Origin: Azolla caroliniana
Lineage: Eukaryota > Plantae > Polypodiophyta
Length of the DNA: 64,000 nucleotides
Assembly (NCBI GenBank): GCA_043228905.1
Contig: JBHGNT010000001.1
Span: forward strand, 34,348,001-34,412,000
Direction: 5' to 3'
Shown here: one piece after another, positions 37,021 to 49,511 of the stretch
Numbering within the stretch: the stretch's first letter is position 1
How the letters are laid out: each line of letters starts with the position of its first letter
Notes under the pieces: model-generated
Told to the model about the DNA's origin: nothing
What the model saw: only the letters and a program-made list of their open reading frames with translations
Database searches by the model: none
Program-made: the position numbers and the translations under genes

Positions 37021-38672
37021 CACCCAACCATCCCTTAGTGAAGGCATTAGACGGACCCAAATCTCCTCAATGTAATGAACAAGGGCTATAGCCACATTGA
37101 CATAGACTTGACATAAGTCAAGCCTGCCTTAATAGTTTATCTCACACCATAGAAATGTAATTCAATTCATATGCTCCTTCCTTTCATAATAAACCCACAA
37201 ATACTTCTCTATGCATTATCCAAGACTCTACCCCTTACTGCCATTATTATTCTTTGTTTTCGTGTCACATTCATGGTTCCTAGGTACGTAAGGTATAGTG
37301 TAGGTAGCATACAAATTTAGCACATAATTAGTATGAGTTAAATTATGTCCCAAACTTTTGGAACAAATGAAGGAAGCCAAAATACAAAATAGAGCATAGG
37401 AAAGTGAAGTAATTAGTTAATATCTTGATAGAAGACATTTTTCATTGGATGAAAGAATTAGCTTTTGGTCCAAGCCTATAGAACCCAAGAGATATTATGC
37501 AAGCCTTCACTAACTAAACATGAAGGAAGCTCCAAGCTAGAAGGGGTGGCTTCCTTTCACTTGAAGAGGAGGTTAAGTTCAAAAAGATGTCGGATACACA
37601 TGGAAGAGCTTTTTCCTTCTACTTACAAGAATTTTAGAGTTTTGATCCAAGTTTCACAAAGTTGATAGAGATTTCCATAATGCCACATCTGTCATGGAGC
37701 CTCAACCTAACTTGATTGCGAGTACCCATATTCCAAATCTGATTCAAATACAAGCATATAGGACCCTTCAAATGTTGCATACTCAAAATGATGATTCACC
37801 ATGCTGAAGAAAAATGGGTCTTCACATTTCATTCAAGAAATCCAACCTATGAATAAAGTTAGAATTCCCAATATCAAGGTCAAGCTAAGTGTTGGAAAGT
37901 TCACAATAGATTTGATGGGAAGGTCAATCTAATGACATTTCGTTGATTATACTCAATTTGTGACCGAATTCAACTAACCACGGATAGTAGGTACATCACC
38001 ACGATGAGAAATTTCATCAAGGTGGTGACGAAATTCACTTTCCCACAAACAAAGAATTGGGAATACATGGCCCGCATCACCATGTTGTTCTAGATGATAT
38101 TCCAATAAAGACTTACTTGGTTAAAGAAAAAGATAAAACCGTTGATGAAAATGTGCGAAGATGCTTTGTTTTGGTGAATCTAACATTTGCAAGTGAAAAT
38201 TTGGTATTCAAAGAACTGGAGGTTCTTCTAGTTGTGCACTTATGTGGTGTGTATGTTCACAAGCCTTACTAAAAAGGTAAATACAATCAAGACGATGAAG
38301 GTGTGACAATCACAACTATATGTGAGGAAGGGCCTAGAGGCAAGCATATTTTTATCACATATGGATTTTGCACTATCATAATGTGTAGATTTTGCGTGTT
38401 GCACGTAAGCACTTCTATTGATCAATGGAGTTCTTCCTCCCGTTGACGTCGTTTGCTTGGGACTTGGACTAGTGTATACCCCCTTTTCGTGGAGAACTAA
38501 GCAGAGGAGCTTCTCAAATACCTCCAAGCTACTAACTCACTTAGTGTTACACGATTAGTATTAATCTCTCTCACACACTCTCTTGCTTTACTCCCTTACA
38601 CACTTAAGTATAAGTAAAAACAAAGACAATGTATTATTTCCACCACTCTTGATACAAAGAGATTGAGCACCA

Positions 38673-39803
38673 TATGTTGCCTATTCGTATATTGTGGAAG
38701 AAAGATAAAAAATGGATGTTGAATCCACATCCAAATGATATAAACAATCTCTCTAAATTGTGGTCTATGAGAATAAGCCCATTGATCGCCTTTTGTGGGA
38801 TCCCGGTGAGTGGAAATGGCAAACCATATCAACGCAAGGAATGTTAGGTAAGCAAATCCCATTTTTTCAGTATTCCGGAAAAGTGGGTAGAGAATTGCTA
38901 AGGAGGGGTGTGGCTGTTACGCCAGCAAGTTGTAAAATTTGGAGATCTGGTAATGTAACATACTCTTGGCTGAATGCTTATTGGAAATTGCTATGGGTCA
39001 TGCAAATTCCTAAAAAAGTTATGTTATTTAGATGGTTGTTGATACATTATGGCATTCTTGTGAAATGATGGATGTGGGGGCATTGCCATGATTTAAAATG
39101 TGATAGTTGTGGTTCCCCCATTGAATTGGTTTATAATGTTTTATGGATATGTCCTATTGCTAGAGTAGTTTGGAAAAGAATGTTGAGAATGTTGTATCCT
39201 ATTTATGGTAAACAGGTGTACATATGGGGTTTTGTGAGATGGGGAAGATTGACTAAAGAAATATAGAATTATGAAAAGGAGTATGTTGATTTTCTTCTCC
39301 TCTCTGATCGAAGACATGTATTGGGGGTCTCTTATACTACAACAATCCGTTGTTTGGAAGAGGACAAGGTCTGGTCTACGATATCTTCTTTAGTAGTTTG
39401 GGTATTGTGGAAGGCTAGATGTAAATGTGTATTTCAGAAAGTTAAACAAAATGCGGTTGAGTTACTCAAGGAGATATGGTTAATGCTCTTACAGACTCTA
39501 AGAGGTCTATATGAGGCAATAGCTGGTGAGCCTGAGGTTGTGATTCGTAAACAACAACAAATTCGAGAAATTTGGAAAAAGGCAGAGGTCTTCATTTCTT
39601 TTGGAGAGAGAATAAAGTGGAGATATGCTCCACCAAGATTACTTTTTCCGTCCCCTATCTTGGAACGACCCTACATGAGGGTTTTGATACTTGACATGTT
39701 GGTTGATGTGGGTATAAGGGTAATAATCTATTGTATGAATTCGTTGTAGCCTTTGGGCATCTTTCCATTAATACCAAGGTCAATCTTCATTAAAAGAAAA
39801 AGA
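38673..39803 (+). mobile_element. 5'-truncated L1-type LINE (zf-RVT region and ORF2 C-terminus)
   Basis: LLWVMQIPKKVMLFRWLL, C..C....E...VLWICP.A..VW, VWVLWKARCKCVF, WRYAPPRLLFP, with in-frame stops and an A-rich tail. 17-bp TSD aaagagattgagcacca (38656-38672) / aaagaggtcgagcacca (39804-39820). Confidence 0.9.
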
Positions 39804-39819
39804 AAAGAGGTCGAGCACC

Positions 39820-39823
<4 letters not shown>

Positions 39824-39862
<39 letters not shown>
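39824..39862. repeat. (GA)n microsatellite
   Basis: Pure GA run. Confidence 0.95.
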
Positions 39863-39865
<3 letters not shown>

Positions 39866-40258
39866 TAGTGCTTAATCACTAATCAATATTGCTAATATCT
39901 CTTTAGATTTTAATTATAAGGAAGGAGATAGAAGAGGAGGCTTAAGGCGTTAATCACTAGAAGAGTTCTTAAGATTGAAAAGAAACTTAAAAGACACTAG
40001 AAAGTGTCTTTTATAGGTTTTACAATGTGAATGTGGATGTTGCACACTAGGTTGCCTTGGCTTGCATCCCGCCCTATTTGAATTGTTCTATTCCCTTTTT
40101 TGTAGATGAGTTAGTTGCTCAATGGCCCTTGTTGGTGCACTATTCTTCATGGCCGGTGTGCTGCACACATGAGCATGTTGTTGAGTCTCTTTTCTGGGTT
40201 TAGGGGCATGTTCACTTGCTCCTTAGTGTCCTAGATACTTTAAATGTTGTTCTCTATA

Positions 40259-41740
40259 GGTCTAGGAATGTATGATACTAGTGTAGGTGAACTCAGCAAT
40301 CGGTAACCGTGTTGAGATCTTACCATATATCATAGATTGTGCACAAGGATCTAAGTTATCCATATTACTTAAGTTTGAGATGAAATTCTGACAAAAGTTT
40401 GGTGACCAAGAGGTACATGATTCCAAATGTGAGATGAACTATGGACGTAGTTGGAAACAATATCATTCAGTAGCCCATATCGTCGAACTCCATTCCTAGG
40501 TATTAGATTTGTCATTTCACGCAATGAATAAAATAAGCCATCTTTGTAAAGTAATATATTATTACTAACTCCAAAATTGAGCAAACCCCTTGAGTGCTAA
40601 CTACAAAGGAATCTACAATTGATTTGTCTCTAGGCTTGTATGGGTCAATTAAGCTTGTGGTGACACCAAAAACTAACAAATCACACAATAATAGAATCAT
40701 CACACATGTAACAACCCGTCACTTGTACAATTCATTACTCTAAAAAGTGGATTATATATACTCCATTAATAAATATAAGAATGACATCTCAATCAATGTT
40801 TGATGGTATATTTATGTGATCCTTTTGAGAGCATTAATAACTTGATAACATGCATTTTAGGAGTAGCTTCCCATGCCATCATATGTTCCAACAATCAGAC
40901 ATTGAATACTCCTAATAACAAGGATATAATAAATTCTAATGAAACAAAAGGCCAAGATAAGTGACCAATTGAACTCATTAACATAGTATAATGCAGTCAA
41001 TTTGAGATGAGTAATCATGGTGCTGACACATTAACATTTGATTGCACATCCCCACACACGTACAATGATGTATGAATGTCTTGACTTGTTATAAATAAAA
41101 GTACTTGCAGCATTCATATTTGAGTTCATGGCCATTCAGCCTTAACGTGGGTTACTCCTCATTCCCCTTCATATGTTTCATGTGTGCATGACTATTATCT
41201 CTCGAGCTTTACACATTACACATATATTGTATTTTCCAACTTTTTTGTTCTACCCATCCACACTTCATGTTGCTTCCTCAATGCTCAAATCCTTTTTCAG
41301 ATTCTCGTGTCTTGTTTATTTTCTCTACTTTATGGTAAGTTGATATTGCACAAGGCATGTGTTTATTAGGTGTATTCTTCTTACTATTGGTGCAATAATG
41401 TTTAACGTTTAGAGGGTTATATCATTACACCGGCCAAGTTGTCGAAATATTTGCTTGAGCCTATCTCCACACACCTTCACTTGCATAATGTTGCTTCCAA
41501 AGCATGAGTGACCACACATCCAATGAAGAGAAGGGAGTATTTCGATAATTGGTAGGTTGGCAATACCTAGGCCCACCTAAGCCATACTCCAATGTTTCTC
41601 AATGGAAGAAATAGATAGATGTCTAGAATATTAAGGATCTAAAAGTGCCCAAGGGCCAAGAGATGAAAATTTCCAAACCAACATGGTTATGCACCACATA
41701 TTTTGAATAATGACATTTGAAATGTCTTTTGGTATTATTC
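40259..41740. repeat. Copy A of a ~1.5-kb dispersed repeat / local duplication
   Basis: Collinear with 44596-46783 plus 48850-48917 (shared ggtctaggaatgtatg, gtgcacaaggatctaagttatccatatt, aagccatactccaatgtttctcaatg, etc.). It acts as the empty-site reference for two insertions in copy B. Confidence 0.9.
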
Positions 41741-42385
41741 TTGTGGTTGTGCACTTATGTGGTGCATATTTTCACATGCGCTACCCAAAAAGGTAAATAC
41801 AATCTAGAAGATAACGGTGTGAAAATCACAAATAGATGTGAGAAAATGCCTAGGGGCAAGCATATTTTTATAACATATGGGTTTTGCACTATCATGAGCA
41901 TGTTGTTGAGTCTCTTTTCTAGGTTGCTAAAGAAGGGAAAGAAGTTCAAATGGGTTGAAGAGCACACCAAATTCATGTTGAGGTGAAAGGAGAAATTGTT
42001 TAAAGCATTGGCACAAAGAAAAGCCAAATATACTAAGGTTACACTACTCTACTTGATAATGGATTTCCTTACTTCAACTTGTGTGGCCATTCATTAATCA
42101 TGGTATCATCTTTTAATAAGTCGTTATGGGGTCAATGAACTAGCTCATAGCTACAAGAGATGTCCCCTTAGACTGAGGTGGTTCTGGAATACAAGATAAA
42201 GCATTGACAATGAGAATAAGTCCTTTTTGTGGTCAAGACTCTAGACTCTTTTAACATTGATCTTGAGACACCTTATTTCGGAACATTCTTGCTTTATTGC
42301 CCAACCCTTGTTGGCATTAGCTAACCTCTTACCAAACTTGACTTGTTTTCGTGTTGGGGCCTAACCAACTTTATTCCTCATAGTT

Positions 42386-43585
42386 TTTTTTTTTCAAGAA
42401 AGATACACCTTGGTATATTACTTGAGAAATGTACATATAGAAAACAGAAGGAGACATTTCATCTCACCTCTATTGTAATACAAAAGCTAATACCAATATA
42501 TGATCAAACAGATGATAGATATCATATAAGAAACGAATGGAGCACAATCTACAAGCTATGCAATAAAAAAGAAGGTATGGCATAATTCCACTTCATACCA
42601 AAACTTGTATTTGAAAATAAGTGAAGCCCTCGCCACCGTTTCTTAAAGTCCACCTGACATTGCCTTTGAGCATCAGTTGAACCTTGCAGATCATGATATT
42701 GCTCACGTATGGTATGGACAAATAACAACCAGGATTCAATAAGCATAGTATTGAGATATATGTGAGCATTATTAAAAACAACCTCACATCTCATTTTCCA
42801 TATTGTCTAAAGACCTATGACGTAATAGTACGCCAAATAACCAAAATTTCAGTTCTAAACCGTGGAATAAATTATGGAAATGAAGTGAGATAGATGTACC
42901 CATTGGAAGAGTGAAAGACATGAGAAGTATGCATGCTTTCATACTTTATAACATCTCCATGAAGGACACCCCATAATATTGCACCCCACGAGAAAATAGA
43001 ACGAGAATAATGGTGTCTCAGTAATAAAAACAACTTACCCTAGAATTGTTGGATTTTGGGACATAACCAAAACAAATGCAAAATAGATTCTGTAGATGCA
43101 TCATGATGCATTCCACAAGCATATTGCTGATTTTGCCTCAACCAATCACCAACAGGAAGAGCATAATGCATCAACAACCAACAAAAACAAATCATTTTTT
43201 TCGGCAATTGCATACTCCACAACCATTTCGGAAATTTTGTAAGTTGCAATGCATTCACATTATTTGCAGTCCAATGCTTCATGGCAGCAGAGCATTTATA
43301 CTTTGATTGCAATAATAAATTTCTACCTAGCTTAACTGAATACTAGAAAAACTCCTAATGTTTACCATTTTCACTAGCATTCGGTTTTTTCCATTGATAA
43401 TTAGTTGGATCCCAATCCAAATTATAAAGTGTCTTTTTTTGAAAAACCCACAATGAACAACACCATACGCATTCTTGAAAGGGTGGATCCAAGAACCATT
43501 TTTTTCGGGATCTTGCAACTACTCGAATCGCTGAAACATTGGCAGACATCCACACATCTGATTCAGAAAATACATGCCACAGCCT
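42386..43585 (-). mobile_element. 5'-truncated L1-type LINE
   Basis: KWLWSMQLPKKMICFCWLL..., C...H....ESILHLFWLCP, REQYHDLQG...KWNYAIPSFL. Poly(T) on the + strand at 42384-42394 and a perfect 17-bp TSD ctttattcctcatagtt (42369-42385 / 43586-43602). Confidence 0.92.
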
Positions 43586-45735
43586 CTTTATTCCTCATAG
43601 TTAATTAAAGGCATGCTTACTTGCTTCCTAAGCAATTGACTTCGATAGAGCATGCCCTTGTTGTTGACGGTGCCAGGGCGTTGCTCACCCCTATTTATCT
43701 TTTTGTGGATTATTAATGGGAAGCCTTTGTAGTTCACGACAACGGCAAGCTCACTTGCTTCTTGGTACCCTAGATACTTTAAGTGTTGATCTCAAGGCAC
43801 CTATTGCTTGCTTGTTGAACCCTATTGGTGTTATATAACCTCTGTCGAAAGTTGACTTGCTTTCAAAATAACAGAAATCCATAAGAATATATTCCGTTAT
43901 TTATAATTACATGGTACTATTGATTTGATTTATTGGTTGGAAATCTTTGTCATTCCACTACTACCAACCAATTTGAATACAACCCTTATGAGATGTATGG
44001 TTTATGTTGGAAAGGATATAAGGTTGGAAAATTTTGGAAACATCATGCAATTTATTTTATACCAAATATCTAAAATTGCTAAGGCAAGAGACAAGATGTG
44101 TTCTAGCATAATGTTATAGATTTCGGAAGACGACCAGAATATATGAGAATAGAGAAATGCAAAGTCTTGCTTGCTACAAAAGCCTCATGTTTTTTTCCTT
44201 GTCTTCACCATAGCTTCTTCTAAGGTCTTGGTCTACTCTTGGCACTAACTTACATATACATATATATCAAAGGGCAATACAAAAATGTTCATAGCATGTC
44301 ACCTATTTAGTTTCTTTTTCTATACTCAATTAGCAAGCGGCATAAAAAAACAGGTGGTATAGTTTGCTTAATATTAAACTTGTTGCTATGTAACCATTGT
44401 TGTATGCCATAGACCGTTTACAAATAAGCAAGCAAGAGGTCACAACCATAGAAAGCAACAACTACTTTTAACAAGCATATCTATATTCACACTAAATACA
44501 TGGATTCAACATGAATGGAGGAAAAAAGAATCGTTCACTTCCCACTAAATAATTGATTAGACCAAAAATGATAGTTGATAGAACAAAGCTCTATTGGTCT
44601 AGGAATGTATGGTATTAGTGTAGATGAACTCAACAATTGGTAATCATGTTGAGATCTTACCATACATCATAAATTGTGCACAAGGATCTAAGTTATCCAT
44701 ATTATTTAGTCATAAGTTTGAGAATGAAATTTTCATAATAACTTGGTGGCCAAGAGATATAGGACTCCAAAAATGTGAGATGAAGTATTGATGTGGTTGG
44801 TGATTGGAGACAATGTCATTCGGGAGCCCATATAGTTGAACCACATTCCTAGGTATTAGATCGTCATTTCATGCCTATGATGACTTTGAAACAAGGAATA
44901 AAATAAGCCATCTTTGTAAACTAATATATTATTACTATCCCAAAAATCAAGCCAACCCCTTGAGTGCTAACTACAAAGGAATATGTGGATACTGTCGTGA
45001 CTAGGCTCAATTGATTCGTCTCTAGGCTCCTATGGGTCAATTCATCTCGTGGTGACAAAACACACTAACATACCACATAACAATAGAATCAACACACATA
45101 CATATAACAATCTGTCACTTGTACACTTCATTACTTCAAAAATAAATAAATAGTATACACTCCATTCATGAATATAAGAATGACATCTCAATCAATGTTT
45201 GATGGTATACTTATGTGAGCCCTTTGGAGTGCATTTATAGCTTGATGACATGCATTTTAGGAGTAGCTTCCCATTCAATTTGATTGACATGTGCATATGA
45301 TTTCCATCATATGATCCACCGACCAGAAATTGGAGACTCATAATAACAAGGATATACTATTGAAACAAAATGGCAAGATAAATGATCATTCCACTCATTA
45401 GCATGGTAGAATGAAGTCAATTCGAGATGAGTAATTATGGTGCTGAAACATTAACATTTGATTGCACATCCCCACACATGTCTCAAGGTATAAACGTCTT
45501 GACTTGAGATACAGAGTGGATGACGACATTTCCGTTAATATGGTTCATGTGTGCATGACTATATTCTCTCGAGCTTTACACATTCACACACATATTGTCT
45601 TTTCCAACTTTTTTGTTCTACACATCCACACTTCATGTTGATTCCTACATGTTCAAGTCCTTTTTCATATGATCATGCCTCGTTTATTTTTTCTAGTTTA
45701 TGGTAAGTTGATATTACAAAAGGCATGTGTTTATT

Positions 45736-45962
45736 TATTATTTATTATTTTTTTTATTATTATTCCAAAAAAAACTCCTTCCATTAGTTATAAAATTTTA
45801 CATATGAGATTAATATATACAAATCCCTGTAGGGACGCAATAGGTCCATCTTATGTGGATGCTCACCGACTCAATAAAGGGGGAGGTCGACCATTGCTAG
45901 ATGAAGGCTAGTCGTTGTCTTTGAACTCCATCGGAGTTGCCCTTGAGGCCATCATATTGGCT
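45736..45962 (-). mobile_element. Extremely 5'-truncated LINE (227 bp)
   Basis: Perfect 16-bp TSD aaggcatgtgtttatt (45720-45735 / 45963-45978). The minus strand encodes SQYDGLKGNSDGVQRQRLAFI*QWSTSPF...IRWTYCVP, which aligns with the ORF2 C-termini of the other LINEs here. The 3' end is TAACTAATGGAAGGAG(T)8GG plus an (AAT)n/A tail. Confidence 0.85.
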
Positions 45963-46783
45963 AAGGCATGTGTTTATTAGATGTATTCTTCTTGCTATTG
46001 GTGCAATAATGTTTAATGAACTTTAAAGTTCCCTAGAATATGGTTCATGTGTGCATCATCATGACTACATTCTCTCTAGCTTTGCATATTCACACATGTA
46101 TTGTCTTTCCAAACTTTTTTGTTCTACCCATCCACCTGTGATGTTGTGTCCTACATGTTCAAGTCCTTTTTCATATTCTCATCTCTCGTTTATTTCTCTA
46201 ATTTATGGTAAGTTGATATTGCTCAATGCATGTGTTTATTAGATGTGTTCTTCTTGCTATTGGTGCATTAATGTTTAAAGTATAATAGGATTAAACTATT
46301 ACACTAGCCAAGTTGAAATATTAGCATGAGCCTACTTTCACACACTTTCATTTGCATAATCTCGCTTTGAAAACATCAAGGACCACACATCCAATGATGA
46401 GAGGGTGATGTTTCGATAATTGGTAGACTGGACATTTATGGTAAGTTGATATTTCTCAAGGCATGTGTTTATTAGATGTGTTCTTCTTACTATTGCTGCA
46501 ATAATGTTTAAAGTTCATTAGGATTACACTATTACACCAGCCAAGTCGAAATATTGGCTTGAGCCTACTTTCACACACCTTCACTTGCCATAATCTCACT
46601 TCCAAAACATTTGGGACCACATGTCCCATGATGAGAGGGTGATATTTTGATGATTGGTAGATTGGCAAAACCTAGATATCAAGCCATACTCCAATGTTTC
46701 TCAATGTAATGAAATACATAGATGTCTAGAATATTAAGGATCTCGAAGTGCCAAGAGATGAAAAATTCAAAACCAGCATTGTT

Positions 46784-48849
46784 TTTTTTTTTTTTTTTCA
46801 AAACAAAATATCCTTCCATTAGTTTTAAAAAACCTATCAAGACAAACTACAAAAGAGATGAAAAAGAAGAGGAAAAAGGACTATCCCAATGACTAGCCAT
46901 GGATCCTGCCGCCTACTTTCATCATACCAGAAAATGTCATCATAATAATTAGACACCTTCCATAGGCCTTCAAGGATTGAGTTGTATAGCATCCTCATTC
47001 TTATCCTACTCAATATATCCCAGTAACATGGCAAGCCGTTGTATCATATTTCCTCGAATCATATGTGATAAATGGCGACCTTCAACTTGCCTTCATTACA
47101 TAAGACTTTGCAAGTATAATTATTCGTGATTGCTCCAACATGTATGCTATCATCTTAAAACCGTAGGTCCAATCGAACCTTCAACCATTGCTTCACAACG
47201 TCTTGTATATCCTGACTAAACAAGCTTCCAACCTGGTTCTATATTCCCTATATTCTCTTGAAACTACCTCGTATACATGAAGACAATGAACCACTTGTAT
47301 GGTCACACAACTTCGGAGAACCATAGCATGCAAAACATTCTTTAAATTACATCGTTCTGCCACATCCACTCCTTGTTGGAAATGAAAACCTTGATCCTTC
47401 TTATTAGCATTACTTTCGCAAACATCCTAAGGATCGCCCATTTCTTTCCACCAGCAATAAATTCTCAAACTATGCTCATGCTTCAATTATTGCTCCACCT
47501 TTACAGTACCAATCTCCGTTGATCCATGCTCAACATATCTTGTAATAGATGCATTTCACAAGAGAACATGTTTTTTTGCAAGAATATCATTTACATCTCG
47601 AACTGAAATATCATCAATTGTTTTTTGTGTTTTTTTTCAAGATTGGCATATATAGCATACATATCCAACAAAGCATTCCCAAGCTCAATATTGTCTTCTA
47701 ACAGCCTCTTACTCATAATTTCAATGTGATTTTCTATGCATGTCAATCACTCTTTCACTGCCACCTTGGCAAACTTCTCAAGGCCAAAATCAGTGCATCC
47801 CACATCCTTGTATCTCGAAATCAAAGTTGAAAATATTTCTTATACCTCACCAAGTAAACCACAAAAAAAATCTTTGTTGAGCCATGATCCACCTATCCAC
47901 ATATAGCATATGTCCAACAAAGCCTTTCCAAGCTCAATATTGTCTTCTAGCAGCCTGTTACTCATGATTCCATTGCGAGTTTCTGTGCCTATTAACACTC
48001 CTACAGTGCCACCTGCTGGTAATATCTTGAAATTAGTGTATTTTTAGAAGCCATAACCCGAACCGGAAGTCCCTCTTTCCTCATAGGTAAAGCACACAAA
48101 ATGAGGGTCATTTGGTGGCCTTCTAGCGTCTTCCATTACTTTGTCTCCACACAAAGAAGTTGCATCGTGAAACACCATCCTTCTTCAACCTGCTCATAGT
48201 TAGCTATACGTACAACGTGCTACCAATTGTCTCCACTCATCCTCCCCCCCCCCCCCCCAAAAGAAAAAAAAACGCTCCCCAAATTTGAAAAGTAAGTGAA
48301 ACATAATCTATCCTCCTTGTCACTCCCTAGAACTGCTTCAACATCCTTTAACATCATCCATCTCTGCCCCACAGTAAAAAGATTTACTCATAAGGATGGC
48401 TTCCCCAAGCAAAGCCAAACCACTCTTGTAATTTCCAGTTTCAAAGTAGCTGCATCTTGAGACAGTCTTCTATTTTCCACATTTAACCTGCTTATAAATG
48501 GCAAAATATAAGGCATGGTACCAAATGTATACATCCTAGTACAATACCTTTTGACAATTTGTCTCCACTCATCCTCCCCAGAAAAATGAGAAAACCACTC
48601 CCCAACTTTGAAAAGTCATTGAAACATAATCTAGCCTCCCTATCACTCCCCATAACTGCTTCAACATCCTTTAACATCATCCATCTTTGTCACAAACACG
48701 AAGCAAGAAGATTTCCCCCATAAGGATGGCTTCCCCAAGCGAAGCCAAACCACTCTTCTAATTCCACTTTCAACGTACACAAAGTAGTTGCATCTTAATG
48801 CAGTCTTCTATTTTCCACATTCAATTTGCTCATAGTCAGCAATACATAA
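46784..48849 (-). mobile_element. ~2.07-kb retroposed element carrying decayed PPR sequence, with poly(A) tail and LINE-like 3' end
   Basis: Perfect 15-bp TSD aaaaccagcattgtt (46769-46783 / 48850-48864) and a pure T17 run at 46782-46798. Minus-strand PPR remnants: EIMSKRLLEDNIELGNALLDMYA, NASITRYVEHGS, MLLGYIE*DKNEDAIQL. The 3' end is AAAACTAATGGAAGGATATTTTGTTTTG(A)n. Confidence 0.88.
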
Positions 48850-49511
48850 AAAACCAGCATTGTTATGGACCACATATTTCGAATAATGAGATTTGAAATT
48901 TCACTTGGTATTATTCTACACTAAACTTTCAAAGCTCCAAAAAGATATGTCTTATATATGGCCATTACTAGTTCCATTGGAAACAAAATTGAAAAGGAAT
49001 CCCATAATTTTAATGTAACCACAAGCTCTAGGGCTTCAAATGAAGATATCTCTAAAGATACCATTGGGTTATGGTAATGCCTCAAATTCCATGCAAAATA
49101 AAATAAAAGAGCAGCGTGTATTAGATTTTATGGGATACAAGAAAATGAATATGCTTCTATAAATTGACACTCAAACCTAGGAATAAGATGAGCTCACATA
49201 ACCCTTGTGGTAGACAATTTTCTCATTGATACAACACCAAATGCGTAAGAACAAAGGGATCGCACTTCACACTTGTTCTCCATAAATCCTATTCTAATGA
49301 GAGCTAAAATACAACCACCGAAAGTTGGTGACAATGTTCTTAGCATAACCATTGCGCTCAACAAAATTGCATAGGATGTAAACCAATAAAACTTCGAACA
49401 TCAATGGACCCCATAACACCATGTAAAAGGTTTTTATGATCCCCAAAGCCGAGAATAAGGTGATCTCACAATTTGCTTGATGCTAGACATGTGTATGTAT
49501 GTATGTAGGTG

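Larger units (their letters stand above)
44596..48917. repeat. Copy B of the ~1.5-kb repeat, expanded by internal tandem duplications and two retro-insertions
   Basis: Homologous to 40259-41740. The sub-block tttatggtaagttgatatt recurs at about 45697, 46202 and 46436. Homology breaks at 46783 and resumes at 48850. Confidence 0.85.

Noticed and set aside
38545-40023. Solo LTR (tgttacac...ggttttaca) hosting the 38.7-kb LINE
   Set aside because: The ends look LTR-like but no 4-6-bp TSD matches.
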